A stretch of 64,000 nucleotides of DNA from an uncultured bacterium (lineage in GTDB: Bacteria > Armatimonadota > Abditibacteriia > Abditibacteriales > Abditibacteriaceae). Position numbers and translations under genes: made by a program. This document shows positions 10,004-19,794 of the stretch, in pieces. The notes under the pieces were generated by a model. That model did not search any database and was not told the DNA's origin. It was given only the letters and a program-made list of their open reading frames with translations. Numbering within the stretch: position 1 is the first letter of the stretch; each line of letters opens with the position of its first letter. The stretch lies in contig CAWJLW010000006.1 in NCBI GenBank assembly GCA_963843795.1, positions 2,108,001-2,172,000 on the forward strand, read 5' to 3'.

Positions 10004-10582
10004 ATGGATAATGTAATGACTTCCGAATCGACCGAATTAGAAACAGCAGTCAACTCAACTCAACAAAGCCGTAAAAAATCTTCGACAGCCAAAAAGTCGA
10101 CGGCTTCATCCAAAAAGAAACTTTCGCGCGCCGATGGCCGCTTGAGCCAGAAAGCACAAAAGCACAAAGCGTCGCAAATACCGACTAGTCAGTTGACAGT
10201 GGAACATTACGCCGACCGTCCCAACCCCGAATTGAGCTGGGCGGCGGCGATATTAAAACGCACCAAAAGCACCGAGCGGCAACGCAAAAAAGCGGCGGAA
10301 ATAATGAGTCGCGCGGGCACCGAGCGCGCGGGCAAGAAACTGTCAGCGTTCTGGCAAAGCATGACTCCTGAACAAAAGCGCGAACTCGCCGCACGCGGTG
10401 GCCGAAGGCGCTGGGAAATTTGGCGCGAAGAACAGGCCGCGCTGCATGGTGACACATCGTTGGATGGCGCGGCTTCGCATAATGGAGTTTCAGCGCATGA
10501 AGCAGATGGTTCACATAATGGAGGGGTGTCAACGGCGGCGCACGAAAGGGCTTTGGATGCGGACGGCGAAAAAACTGCTTGA
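10004..10582 (+). CDS. Basic Lys/Arg-rich hypothetical protein with a KGG-like stress motif
   Basis: 192-aa ORF; FWQSMTPEQKRELAARGGR resembles the KGG repeat (SMDPEKQREIASKGG). Confidence 0.55.
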   Translation: MDNVMTSESTELETAVNSTQQSRKKSSTAKKSTASSKKKLSRADGRLSQKAQKHKASQIPTSQLTVEHYADRPNPELSWAAAILKRTKSTERQRKKAAEIMSRAGTERAGKKLSAFWQSMTPEQKRELAARGGRRRWEIWREEQAALHGDTSLDGAASHNGVSAHEADGSHNGGVSTAAHERALDADGEKTA

Positions 10583-10595
10583 TTTGCGATAAAGA

Positions 10596-10651
10596 TTTTT
10601 GCGCTACCTTCGCGCCTGCAAGTACTCGCAGGCGCGAAGGTAGCGCAAAAA
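10596..10651. repeat. 56-bp near-perfect palindrome around variant core GCAAGTACTCGC (likely terminator)
   Basis: TTTTTGCGCTACCTTCGCGCCTGC-AAGTACTC-GCAGGCGCGAAGGTAGCGCAAAAA. Confidence 0.85.
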
Positions 10652-10813
10652 CCAAAAATCTGGCATACTGAACAAGTCACGCGCGCAGCGTGTCGCTCTG
10701 AGTTCCGGCGAAGATACTTTCGCCGGTTTTGTGTTGAGTGACAGCTAAGGTCGCATTCGATATGCGAAAAGCGTGATAAATTTTGCAACGAGAGACTTAC
10801 GAGGTGATGACCC

Positions 10814-11644
10814 ATAGCATTGCGTCCGCGAGGTAGAAACAGGAATTTCCGCGATCCCCGTCGCGAGCAACCGATGATTAACGAGCGTATTCGCTCGTCT
10901 CAGGTGCGCGTGATCGACGACAAAAACGCTCAGTTGGGAGTAATGGAGACACGAGCCGCCATTGATTTGGCGCGCGAACGTGGCTACGATCTTATTTTGG
11001 TGGCCGCCCAAGCGCAGCCGCCAGTTTGCCGCATCATGGATTACGGCAAATTCAAATACGAAAAAAGTAAGCGCGACAAGCTCGCGCGCTCCAAGTCGGC
11101 TTCCAACGAACTGAAGATGGTGCGCTTGCATCCGCGCACCAGCGAACACGATCGCTCGATTTTGGTGCGCCACGCGGAAAAGTTTCTGCGCGATGGACAC
11201 AAAGTCCGGGTTGTGTGTCAGTTCAAAGGCCGCGAAAATGCCTATCCACAAATCGGACGCGAGCAGCTCGATGCCGTCGCTGAAGAATTGAAGGACATCG
11301 CCATCGTCGAAGGCACCGTTAACAAGCAGGGCCGCGAAATGGCCATGATGCTTAACCCCGTCCCTGGCCTAAAACCACTTCCTAAAGTTTCCAAAGACGA
11401 AGCTGTCGCTCCCAAAACTGGCGACAACACAGACGACCTTGGAGAAGATGTCGTCGATGTCGAAGACATGGAAGGCAGCGAAGACGACCTTGATATTGAT
11501 GACGTTGATATTGACGACCTTGACGACTTTGATGATAGCATTGAAGACGACGAAGACGATGATATCGAAGATGCCGATGACGACGATGACGCAACTATCG
11601 AATCGGAGCCTAACAACGACCCGCCGGAATCGAATCCTTCATAA
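10814..11644 (+). CDS. infC: Translation initiation factor IF-3 with acidic C-terminal extension
   Basis: INERIRSSQVRVID, PPVCRIMDYGKFKYE, FLRDGHKVRV, FKGRE; probable non-AUG start (ATA 10814 or TTG 10820) after GAGGTG. Confidence 0.95.
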   Translation: MALRPRGRNRNFRDPRREQPMINERIRSSQVRVIDDKNAQLGVMETRAAIDLARERGYDLILVAAQAQPPVCRIMDYGKFKYEKSKRDKLARSKSASNELKMVRLHPRTSEHDRSILVRHAEKFLRDGHKVRVVCQFKGRENAYPQIGREQLDAVAEELKDIAIVEGTVNKQGREMAMMLNPVPGLKPLPKVSKDEAVAPKTGDNTDDLGEDVVDVEDMEGSEDDLDIDDVDIDDLDDFDDSIEDDEDDDIEDADDDDDATIESEPNNDPPESNPS

Positions 11645-11707
11645 AATCTTCGTGCAAATAGCCGATGAGTTGAATTTGTTGTAAGCTGTAGTTCTTGCTA
11701 TTCAGTG

Positions 11708-11742
11708 CATCGCGGTGCGCAACAACGCGCCGCGATGTTTTT
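11708..11742 (+). terminator. Hairpin/terminator between infC and rpmI
   Basis: CATCGCGGTGCG-caacaa-CGCGCCGCGATG followed by T5. Confidence 0.55.
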
Positions 11743-11772
11743 GTGTGTTAATTATTTTGAAGAGGTGAAAAA

Positions 11773-11976
11773 ATGGGCAACAAAGCCAAGCCGCGCAAGG
11801 CCGCTACCAAGCGGATGACCGTGACGGGAACCGGCAAAATTAAGCGCCGCAAATGTGGATTGTCGCACTTGCAGACCAAGCGTTCGAGCCGCACTCAGAT
11901 GCGCAACAACGATGGCGCGATGAGCGTCGCCGGTAGCGACCGCGATAACGCGCGCAAATTGCTGGGCGGAATGTAA
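11773..11976 (+). CDS. rpmI: 50S ribosomal protein L35
   Basis: KAATKRMTVTGTGKIKR...HLQTKRSS; position between infC and rplT; GAGGTG RBS. Confidence 0.93.
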   Translation: MGNKAKPRKAATKRMTVTGTGKIKRRKCGLSHLQTKRSSRTQMRNNDGAMSVAGSDRDNARKLLGGM

Positions 11977-12110
11977 ATTCTGATCAGAGTCGGTCACAAA
12001 TCGTAACGAAAATTTAGTGAAAGAAGCCCGGCAGGTTTGAGAAGCGGCGCACTGCAACCAAACAGCGTTGCAAGTACTTGCGGCCCACCCGACCGGCAAA
12101 AGGAAAAAAG

Positions 12111-12470
12111 ATGGCACGCGTAAAACGTGGTGTAACGGCTTCGGCCAAACACAAGAAAATTAAGAAGCTCGCCAAAGGTTATTATGGAGCCAAACATCGC
12201 TGGTTCCGCACCGCTAACGAAGCGGTCATGCACGCTGGTCAATATGCGTATCGCGACCGCCGCAACAAAAAGCGTGATTTGCGCCGTTTGTGGATCACGC
12301 GCATTAACGCTGCCGCGCGCATCAATGGCTTGAGCTATTCTCAGTTCATCAATGGTTTGACCAAAGCGGGCGTCGAAATTGACCGCAAGGTTTTGAGCGA
12401 AGTCGCTGTAGTCGATGCCGCTGCATTTGCTAAAATTGCCGATACCGCTAAAGCTGCTTTGAGCGCCTAA
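12111..12470 (+). CDS. rplT: 50S ribosomal protein L20
   Basis: MARVKRG...AKGYYG...[24 protein letters not shown]...IDRKVL. Confidence 0.98.
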   Translation: MARVKRGVTASAKHKKIKKLAKGYYGAKHRWFRTANEAVMHAGQYAYRDRRNKKRDLRRLWITRINAAARINGLSYSQFINGLTKAGVEIDRKVLSEVAVVDAAAFAKIADTAKAALSA

Positions 12471-12482
12471 TAGCAAAGCCAC

Positions 12483-12516
12483 AAAACCGGCCTGCAAGTA
12501 CTTGCAGGCCGGTTTT
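12483..12516. terminator. 34-bp palindrome with 12-mer core, probable terminator after rplT
   Basis: AAAACCGGCCTGCAAGTACTTGCAGGCCGGTTTT. Confidence 0.75.
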
Positions 12517-12540
12517 TGCGTTTGTAAATTCCTATTTCCC

Positions 12541-13323
12541 ATGAACATCATTTCGTCGCGTCAGCATCCGCTGTGCAAGCGTGTGCGCGAACTGCATTCG
12601 TCCAAAGGTCGCCGCAAGCGCAAATCCTATCTCATCGAAGGCGGCAACGGCGTTGGCGCGGCGATTCAGGCGCGCGCGCCCATCGAGCAAATTCTGGTCG
12701 CACCCGACCGCATCGGGCAAGAATGGCAGGAATTGGCTAGCGCCGTCAGTGTGCCGATTCAATGGGTTGAAGACGATTTGCTGGCTTATCTTAGCGAAGC
12801 CCAAAGCGCGCCCGATGTGATGGCCATTGCGCCACTGCCGAATACGCATAGCGATTGGGAATTGAACGGAATGCTGCTGGTTTTGGATGGCATTGGCGAT
12901 CCCGGCAACGCGGGAACTTTGCTACGCGCAGCCGATGCAAGTGGCGCGCAAGCGGTGATTTTCACACGCGGCAGTGTTGACGCATTCTCGCCCAAAGTGA
13001 TTCGCGCAGCAGCCGGCAGTTCTTTTCATCTTCCGCGCTGGGATCTGGACGGACTGGAAGCCCATGAGATAGTGCAAGTACTTGCCGAGCGCAATATTCC
13101 GATTATCACCGCACAAGCGCATAACGGAACGGATGCTTTCGATTTCGCTTGGCCCACGCGCTGCGCCCTGGTTCTGGGCCACGAAACGCGAGGCATCAGC
13201 AAAGAATTTGAAGCCGCAGCACGCACGCAAGTCACGCTTCCGCTCTATGGCCGCGCCGAATCGCTGAATGTAGCGATGGCAGGCACTCTGCTTTTATATG
13301 CGTGGCGCCAAAATCAGAGTTGA
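12541..13323 (+). CDS. TrmH/SpoU-family RNA methyltransferase
   Basis: LDGIGDPGNAGTLLRAADA, LVLGHETRGIS, AESLNVAMAG SPOUT motifs. Confidence 0.93.
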   Translation: MNIISSRQHPLCKRVRELHSSKGRRKRKSYLIEGGNGVGAAIQARAPIEQILVAPDRIGQEWQELASAVSVPIQWVEDDLLAYLSEAQSAPDVMAIAPLPNTHSDWELNGMLLVLDGIGDPGNAGTLLRAADASGAQAVIFTRGSVDAFSPKVIRAAAGSSFHLPRWDLDGLEAHEIVQVLAERNIPIITAQAHNGTDAFDFAWPTRCALVLGHETRGISKEFEAAARTQVTLPLYGRAESLNVAMAGTLLLYAWRQNQS

Positions 13324-13458
13324 GAGTTGAGAAAACAGAAATGAAAAGGTCTCCCTTTTGAACTGCAAATACTTGCGGGGACGATGAAACTACAATAAGG
13401 CTTTCTGCCCTCTGGTTTCTATCCTCTCAACTCTTTTTCACGTTACACTGGATTTGAT

Positions 13459-13815
13459 ATGTCAACGCAACCAACAAAAACACTGGAAACTTTTCCCAAT
13501 CCGCACCCGAATAATTCTTATACAATTCGCTTTCACACTGAGGAATTCACCGCAGTTTGCCCTTTGACCGGCCAGCCGGATTTCGCGCAAATTACTGTTG
13601 AATACGAACCAAACGAAAAATGTTTGGAATCGAAGTCGATTAAGCTGTATTTGTGGAGCTTTCGCGACGAAGGTCATTTTCACGAAGATGTGACCAACCG
13701 CATTTTGAACGATATGGTTGAAGCGTGCGCGCCGCGTTGGATGACCGTGACGGGCCATTTTAACATTCGTGGCGGCATTGATTTCGTAATTACCGCCAAA
13801 CATCAAGGCAAATAA
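13459..13815 (+). CDS. queF: NADPH-dependent preQ0 reductase (short, Bacillus-type)
   Basis: EFTAVCPLTGQPDFA and ESKSIKLYLWSFRD QueF motifs, HE...RGGI. Confidence 0.93.
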   Translation: MSTQPTKTLETFPNPHPNNSYTIRFHTEEFTAVCPLTGQPDFAQITVEYEPNEKCLESKSIKLYLWSFRDEGHFHEDVTNRILNDMVEACAPRWMTVTGHFNIRGGIDFVITAKHQGK

Positions 13816-13907
13816 GCCGCATTTTGGCGCCGCTCTGCCCTGCAAGTACTTGCAAGTACTTGCAGGGTTTGTTTTAACCGTTATTTCGTTTTTGGAGAAT
13901 TAAATTT

Positions 13908-15119
13908 ATGGCTTCTGTTGAAACTGCGCCGCAAAAACGCAGCGCGCTCAAACCTTCGCTTGACTGGCTTCTCGTTTTCGTGCCGATTTCTATCGCGCTG
14001 CGCTTTATGGGCGAAAGTTACCAAACGTGGCTTTTTATTACTTCCTGTATCGCGATTATTCCACTCGCTGGTTGGATGGGACGCGCAACCGAGCATTTAG
14101 CCGAACAAGTCGGGGAAGGAATTGGTGGCTTGCTGAACGCGACGTTTGGCAATGCGGCAGAATTGATTATCGCGTTGATGGCGTTAAATAAAGGCTTGAC
14201 GGGCGTTGTTAAAGCCTCAATTACAGGCTCGATCATCGGCAATGTTTTGTTGGTTCTAGGTTTGTCTTTTCTCACGGGCGGCTTGAAATTTCACGAGCAG
14301 AAATTTAATCGTACTGCAGCGCGCAGCAGTGCGACAGCTTTGACTTTGGCCGCCATCGCGCTTCTCATTCCAACAGTGTTTCACGTCGTGGCCGACGATA
14401 CGGCTGGAGGCTGGACGCCGCAAAAAGAACAGCAATTATCCTTAGGCATCGCCATCGTTTTAATTTTGACTTACGCGGCGACTTTGTGGTTTTCGCTCAA
14501 AACGCACAAAGGATTGTTCATGGGCAAAAGCGCCGATAGCAGTGTCGCCACGGAAGACGCGGCAGCGCACGGCGAAGACCATTGGAGCATGAAAAAGTCG
14601 GTGATCATTTTGGTCATCGCAACAATTTTTGTGGCTCTGATTTCCGAATTTTTGGTCGGTGCTGTCGAGGCTGCGCGCGCCCAATTGGGGCTGACCGAAG
14701 TGTTTGTCGGCGTGATTGTGGTTGCCATTATCGGCAATGCAGCCGAACATTCGAGTGCCATTTTAATGGCACTGCGCAACAAAATGGATTTATCATTGGG
14801 CATCGCTATCGGTTCGAGCTTGCAAATCGCACTTTTTGTCGCGCCGGTTTTGGTGTTCGCTTCATATGCGTTTGGCGCGCCGATGGACTTGGAGTTCACG
14901 ATTCCCGAAATCGTAGCCGTGCTGGTCGCGGTTGGCATTGTTGGGCAAATTAGTGGTGATGGGGAAAGCAACTGGCTCGAAGGCGTACAACTGCTTTCGG
15001 TTTACGTTGTGCTTGGCATTTTGTTTTTCTTCCTGCCTGAAACCCATCATCCAAAGCCCGGCGCAGCGTCCGATGTAACAAATGTAACGAATTCTGCAAT
15101 TGTGGCACCGCATGAATAA
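13908..15119 (+). CDS. cax: Ca2+/H+ antiporter (CaCA family)
   Basis: [54 protein letters not shown]. Confidence 0.95.
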   Translation: MASVETAPQKRSALKPSLDWLLVFVPISIALRFMGESYQTWLFITSCIAIIPLAGWMGRATEHLAEQVGEGIGGLLNATFGNAAELIIALMALNKGLTGVVKASITGSIIGNVLLVLGLSFLTGGLKFHEQKFNRTAARSSATALTLAAIALLIPTVFHVVADDTAGGWTPQKEQQLSLGIAIVLILTYAATLWFSLKTHKGLFMGKSADSSVATEDAAAHGEDHWSMKKSVIILVIATIFVALISEFLVGAVEAARAQLGLTEVFVGVIVVAIIGNAAEHSSAILMALRNKMDLSLGIAIGSSLQIALFVAPVLVFASYAFGAPMDLEFTIPEIVAVLVAVGIVGQISGDGESNWLEGVQLLSVYVVLGILFFFLPETHHPKPGAASDVTNVTNSAIVAPHE

Positions 15120-15156
15120 TGGTGCAAGGACTTGCACCACGTTTTCCAATCAATCC

Positions 15157-16440
15157 ATGCCAATCCACATCGCACGATTCCTGCGTTCGCGAGTGTTTTT
15201 GTGGCCCGTATTGTTCGCAGTATTATGGCTACTAGCCACACTCGCGGGCATCATCGCGCCTTCGGAACGATTTCACATCGCGCTGCCGATTTCGTGGCTT
15301 TTCAGCGGATTGTTGTGCGGCGTTTGGAAAATCGAAAAGCTTCGTCATTTAGTTCCTTCAATTCTGATTTGCACCTGCGCGGTTTCGTTCGGTTTGTGGC
15401 AGTTAGTTTCAGAGCAGGCGCGTGCCATTGAAGGCGTGGCCAGTGTAAATGAACTGGTTTGGAAAATATTGCACATCGGCAGCATTCTCGTGCTGTTTGG
15501 TTTGTGGTCGAAGTTGTGGCAACTACCGCTCAAAAATCTCAAACTTACACTTTGGAAAAGTGCGACGCGCGGCATTGTGCGCACGCTGGCGATTGTGAGC
15601 TTGGCGCCGTTTGTCTTTGCGAGCTTCAACGCTCATCGCACCAAAATTGGCAACCGTTTCGACCCCAAAAGTGCCGATAATCTCAATTTTGAAACCATCG
15701 ATTTTCGCGCTGAAGATGGGGCGCGATTGCACGGATGGTGGATTCCCGCCGATAAGGCAACGCGCAAGACCGTCGTGGTGTGTCACGGCGTAGGCGCAAA
15801 CGCTAGCGTTTTTTTGGGCGTCGCGCCGTTTTTGCATCGCGCCGGTTTCAATGTGTTCACATTCGATTTTCGAGGTCACGGCGATAGCAGCGGCCACACG
15901 GTTTCGTTCGGTTTTCACGAGGCTGCTGATGTGCGCGCCGCCTGCAAGTACTTGCAGAACGCGAAAAACCAAAACGCGCTGGCATTATATGGATTTTCGA
16001 TGGGAGGAGGAGCGGTTTTGTTGAGCTTTGCGCCGCGTTTCACAGACGATTACAAAGTGGTGCGAGCGGTTATTGTCGATTCGGCCTTCGCTGAATTCGA
16101 GCCGTTAGTTGAACGCCAGTTTTCAATGATGCCCGCCTCTTGGCGACCGTTGGCGGCGGGCATTGTCGGATTTTGCTCGCAGCTTGAAATTGGAGTGACA
16201 CCTGCGCGCATCGCACCGAAAAGCGTTGTCGCGCGCATTACTCCGCGCCCATTGCTGATTATTCACGGCGACGCGGACCAACTCATTCCCTTGGAACAGG
16301 CACGTCACTTGTTTGCAGCGGCACGAATGCCTAAGCAGTTGCAAATCGTGTCGCGCGCCGGTCATTGTCGTTGTCGTCTGGTAGCGCCCGCGATCTACGA
16401 AAAGCGTGTTACCAACTGGCTTCGAGCGGCATTAAATTAG
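15157..16440 (+). CDS. Membrane-anchored alpha/beta hydrolase
   Basis: N-terminal TM helices; LHGWW, CHG, FDFRGHGDS, GFSMGG nucleophile, IIHGDADQLIP, AGH. Confidence 0.85.
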   Translation: MPIHIARFLRSRVFLWPVLFAVLWLLATLAGIIAPSERFHIALPISWLFSGLLCGVWKIEKLRHLVPSILICTCAVSFGLWQLVSEQARAIEGVASVNELVWKILHIGSILVLFGLWSKLWQLPLKNLKLTLWKSATRGIVRTLAIVSLAPFVFASFNAHRTKIGNRFDPKSADNLNFETIDFRAEDGARLHGWWIPADKATRKTVVVCHGVGANASVFLGVAPFLHRAGFNVFTFDFRGHGDSSGHTVSFGFHEAADVRAACKYLQNAKNQNALALYGFSMGGGAVLLSFAPRFTDDYKVVRAVIVDSAFAEFEPLVERQFSMMPASWRPLAAGIVGFCSQLEIGVTPARIAPKSVVARITPRPLLIIHGDADQLIPLEQARHLFAAARMPKQLQIVSRAGHCRCRLVAPAIYEKRVTNWLRAALN

Positions 16441-16482
16441 TTTTGCAAGCGCGAAATTGTGACACGCATTGGCACGATGCCT

Positions 16483-17031
16483 TCAGTTCCATCCTTGCTC
16501 TTTTTCACTGCGGTTTTTGCCCGGCGTTTCTTTTTGCGGACGGCCTTCTTCTTCGCCACTTTCTTCATTTGCTGAAGGCACAGGCGGAATTTCTTTGAGC
16601 AAGGTGCCCCCGTAAAACATCCGTTCTTTTTGTTGTCGGATACGGCAGGCGCGCTTGAAGGCTTCTTCTTCACCGTATTTGCGAATCGAAACCGTAGTAC
16701 GATCTACGGTGCCCGGACTCGGACTCCACGTCACTTCATAAACCTGCGCCTTGCCTTTTTGAACTTGCTTAACGCCCTGCACGCCGGAGCGATTACGCGA
16801 GTTTTTCGCCGTCACGGTGCGGTCGGTGCGCGGTTTGCCCAACATTTTTTCAAGCTGGTTGCGATGTTTGACCGCACCATTCAGCGCCTTTTGCTTGCCG
16901 CCGTGTGCGGAATCGCTGAAAAACTTGGCATGGGTTTTCCCCATGAACTGAACCCGAACATACCAACCGTGGGTTTTGTTTTTCGTGCTGTCAATGCGAC
17001 TGATACCCTTGTGACCGCTTGCTCCTACCAT
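16483..17031 (-). CDS. Protein with two AP2 DNA-binding domains
   Basis: GISRID...GWYVR...KFFSDSAHGGKQKAL and NRSGVQGV...VSIRKYGEEEAFKRACRIR. Confidence 0.75.
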   Translation of the reverse strand: MVGASGHKGISRIDSTKNKTHGWYVRVQFMGKTHAKFFSDSAHGGKQKALNGAVKHRNQLEKMLGKPRTDRTVTAKNSRNRSGVQGVKQVQKGKAQVYEVTWSPSPGTVDRTTVSIRKYGEEEAFKRACRIRQQKERMFYGGTLLKEIPPVPSANEESGEEEGRPQKETPGKNRSEKEQGWN

Positions 17032-17178
17032 CTGTCTTCTCCCATGAACGACTCCTCTCGTTTCACTTGAAAGGAAAAATCAATATCCGTTATTATATCG
17101 TCTTTACCATGACGATGCGCTGCAATCTATCGGCCCAACGAGTAGGCACAACTTTTGATTCAACCCAATCAAAGAGAT

Positions 17179-17289
17179 TGAATTCAGTGCAGTGTTTAAC
17201 TACTTATTCGTATCTACAAAGCTATGATTTCAGTGCAGTGTTTGGAATTTTCACAGTGAATTGTTAATTATGAATTCAGTACAATGTTT
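17179..17289 (+). repeat. Three 19-bp direct repeats with exact 46-bp period
   Basis: TGAATTCAGTGCAGTGTTT (17179), TGATTTCAGTGCAGTGTTT (17225), TGAATTCAGTACAATGTTT (17271). Confidence 0.85.
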
Positions 17290-17893
17290 GGCTTTGCCTC
17301 GTTCTTTTTATGCTCCCAGTGCGGAAATTGTGGCCCCTGCGCTGTTAGGGCACACGCTGTTGCGGCGCACGCCATTTGGCATTTGCGGAGGGGAAATTGC
17401 CGAAACCGAAGCCTATCTGGTGAACGATCCGGCGTGTCATGCTTACGTGCGCGAAACTGCCCGCAATCGCACGATGTGGGGCAAAGCGGGCGGCGCGTAT
17501 GTGTTTCAAATTTACGGCGCGTATTTTTGTCTTAATCCGGTTTGTCGCGAAAGCGGCGTGGCTGAAGCCGTCTTGATTCGTGCCATCAATCCGAGTTGCG
17601 CTCCCGAAATCATGCAACGCTATCGAGCGGTGCCAAAACTGCGCGATTTGTGTAGCGGGCCGGGAAAAATGTGTCAGGCGCTCGACATCGACCGTTCTCT
17701 CGATGGCAGCGATTTGTGCGATGCCAGCGGTCCGCTGTGGATCGCCGAAAATCCCCAGCGCGAGGCGTGGATAAAGGAAAATGGCCCAACAATTATCTGT
17801 CCACGCATCGGTTTAACGCGCGCTGCCGATTGGCCATTGCGCTTTTATTTGGATAAAGACAAGAATGTTTCCCGTCGGGTGCCAAAAAATTAA
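17270..17893 (+). CDS. 3-methyladenine DNA glycosylase (MPG/AAG family)
   Basis: VAPALLG, IAETEAY, DPACHA, AYVFQIYG, AVLIRA, GPGKMCQAL, PRIGL, WPLRF; exact start uncertain. Confidence 0.93.
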   Translation: MNSVQCLALPRSFYAPSAEIVAPALLGHTLLRRTPFGICGGEIAETEAYLVNDPACHAYVRETARNRTMWGKAGGAYVFQIYGAYFCLNPVCRESGVAEAVLIRAINPSCAPEIMQRYRAVPKLRDLCSGPGKMCQALDIDRSLDGSDLCDASGPLWIAENPQREAWIKENGPTIICPRIGLTRAADWPLRFYLDKDKNVSRRVPKN

Positions 17894-17998
17894 AACCGGG
17901 CGAAATTCTCTGGCAGGTACTTGCATAAGCATTTGCCGACCAGTTGTGATGTGTCACGAGCAGCAGGTTCGCTCGCAGTTGGCTACACTGCCTGCGCT

Positions 17999-18757
17999 AT
18001 GAACGAAAATCATTCTTCTCAATCCAACAACACCCAGGTGAAATACAAGCGCATTCTGCTGAAAATTAGCGGCGAAGCGCTGGCGGGCGAAGCCGGTTTC
18101 GGTTTAGACGGCAAAGTTTTGACGCGCATCGCAGGCGAAATTCGCGACGTGCGTGCGGCTGGCGTCGAGCTGGGCATCGTGTGCGGCGGCGGCAACTTTT
18201 TTCGCGGCATGAAAGCAGCCGTCGATGAAGGCATGGATCGCGCGATGGCCGATTACATGGGAATGCTGGCGACCGTACAAAATGCCATCGCACTGCAAGA
18301 TTACCTTGAACGCCTCGATGTCGATACGCGCGTTTTGAGCGCGATTGAAATGAAAGAAGTCACCGAACCTTTCATCCCGCGCCGCGCCAATCGCCACCTG
18401 GAAAAAGGCCGCGTTGTCATCTTCGCAGCCGGAACCGGCAATCCGTTTTTCACCACCGACACCGCAGCAGTTTTGCGCGCCGCACAAATTGGTGCGCAGG
18501 CGATTTTCAAGGCGACTGACGTTGATGGCGTTTTCGACCGCGACCCGCAAAAATTCGCGGATGCCCAACGTTTTGAACATCTGAGCTATTTGCAAGTGTT
18601 GGACAGAGGTTTGAAGGTTCTCGATTCCACTGCGGTTTCATTGTCAATGGACAACCAGATTCCGATTGTCGTGTTCAACATGGAAGTTCACGGCAATATC
18701 ACACGCGCCGCGATGGGCGAAGCTGTTGGGACGACAATTTCCGACATCGAAGCCTGA
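17999..18757 (+). CDS. pyrH: UMP kinase
   Basis: [42 protein letters not shown]. Confidence 0.97.
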   Translation: MNENHSSQSNNTQVKYKRILLKISGEALAGEAGFGLDGKVLTRIAGEIRDVRAAGVELGIVCGGGNFFRGMKAAVDEGMDRAMADYMGMLATVQNAIALQDYLERLDVDTRVLSAIEMKEVTEPFIPRRANRHLEKGRVVIFAAGTGNPFFTTDTAAVLRAAQIGAQAIFKATDVDGVFDRDPQKFADAQRFEHLSYLQVLDRGLKVLDSTAVSLSMDNQIPIVVFNMEVHGNITRAAMGEAVGTTISDIEA

Positions 18758-18762
18758 TTTTT

Positions 18763-18828
18763 CTGATTTGACGCACCAAAAAAGCCGCTGCAAGTACTTG
18801 CAGCGGCTTTTTTGGTGCGTCAAATCAG
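18763..18828. repeat. 66-bp perfect palindrome centred on the 12-mer, between convergent pyrH and J-domain genes (likely bidirectional terminator)
   Basis: CTGATTTGACGCACCAAAAAAGCCGCTGCAAGT|ACTTGCAGCGGCTTTTTTGGTGCGTCAAATCAG. Confidence 0.95.
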
Positions 18829-18913
18829 CGATTTTCAACGTTTCAGGCGCGCCCGAAAGCGCTGCAAAAATGATGGCGACGAGGTTTCGTCTGCGACTGC
18901 GGTGGAATTGTTT

Positions 18914-19735
18914 TCAGCGGACAGCGAAATCTGCGCTGCTGCCATTGGCGTCGCTTGCGTCATCGATTGGAATTTCGTCATTAAAAACGGCCTGCGCGGG
19001 TGGCGTGGCCGATTCCTGACGCGCGATGCGGTCGGCCAAAGGACGCTCGGGTGCGCTGCGGCTCCATGGATTGCCGCCCCGATTGCCGGCCTGCGACTGC
19101 GTGGCAGCCACCGGTTCGGGATGGCGCAGCGCGTCGTATTTGCGGCGATATTCGGCGTTCGAGGGTTTCAAGCGCACGGCGCGTTCATACATCGCCAAGG
19201 CGACATCGCGACGCTTTTGTTCGGCGTAAATATCCCCGATGCGCACGGCGGCTTCGGCATTAGTTGGGTCAGCGCGCAGAATGTTTTGATACACGCGCAC
19301 CGCATCCTCACTTCGTCCTTCAATGTTGTAGAGCTGCGCGGCTTCAAGAAACATCGCGAGCAGACGTGTGCGCGGGTTATCATCGTTGCGCACTTTGCCA
19401 CCGCCCATAACCTGGCGCACACGCTCGCGTTTTCGCGCTTCGACTTTGGCATCTTGCGTTACCGAGCGCCACTCGCGCGGCCCTGAACGCGTAGATGCAA
19501 CCGGAGCCGGTTCCTGAGAACGCCGCCGACAGCGCTCGTCGTACTCGGCGCGCTGAGTTTTATTGGACAACACCGACCAAGCCGCAATAATTTCCTGAAT
19601 TCTGGCGTGCGCCGCTTCTTTATCGGTCGCGATATCAGGATGATTTTCGCGCACCAAACGCCGATACTGCGCTTTGATAATCGCAATATCAGTTTTGGGC
19701 TCAACGCCTAAAATTTGGTAGTAATCCGGTTCCAT
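18914..19735 (-). CDS. J-domain (DnaJ) protein with TPR repeats
   Basis: DYYQILGV...YRRLVRENHPD...VLSNKTQRAEYD; TPR ADPTNAEA...YERAVRLKPSN. Confidence 0.88.
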   Translation of the reverse strand: MEPDYYQILGVEPKTDIAIIKAQYRRLVRENHPDIATDKEAAHARIQEIIAAWSVLSNKTQRAEYDERCRRRSQEPAPVASTRSGPREWRSVTQDAKVEARKRERVRQVMGGGKVRNDDNPRTRLLAMFLEAAQLYNIEGRSEDAVRVYQNILRADPTNAEAAVRIGDIYAEQKRRDVALAMYERAVRLKPSNAEYRRKYDALRHPEPVAATQSQAGNRGGNPWSRSAPERPLADRIARQESATPPAQAVFNDEIPIDDASDANGSSADFAVR

Positions 19736-19794
19736 AAACTCAATCGCACAGTTTGGCCCTGCAAGTACTTGCAGGGCCAAACTTTTGTCGATTT

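Noticed and set aside
13324..13458. preQ1 riboswitch upstream of queF
   Set aside because: No preQ1-I consensus; a -10-like TACACT lies about 10 nt before the ATG, leaving no room for a leader.
17179..17289. Mini CRISPR array
   Set aside because: Only three 19-bp imperfect repeats, a degenerate copy inside a spacer, and no cas genes in the window.
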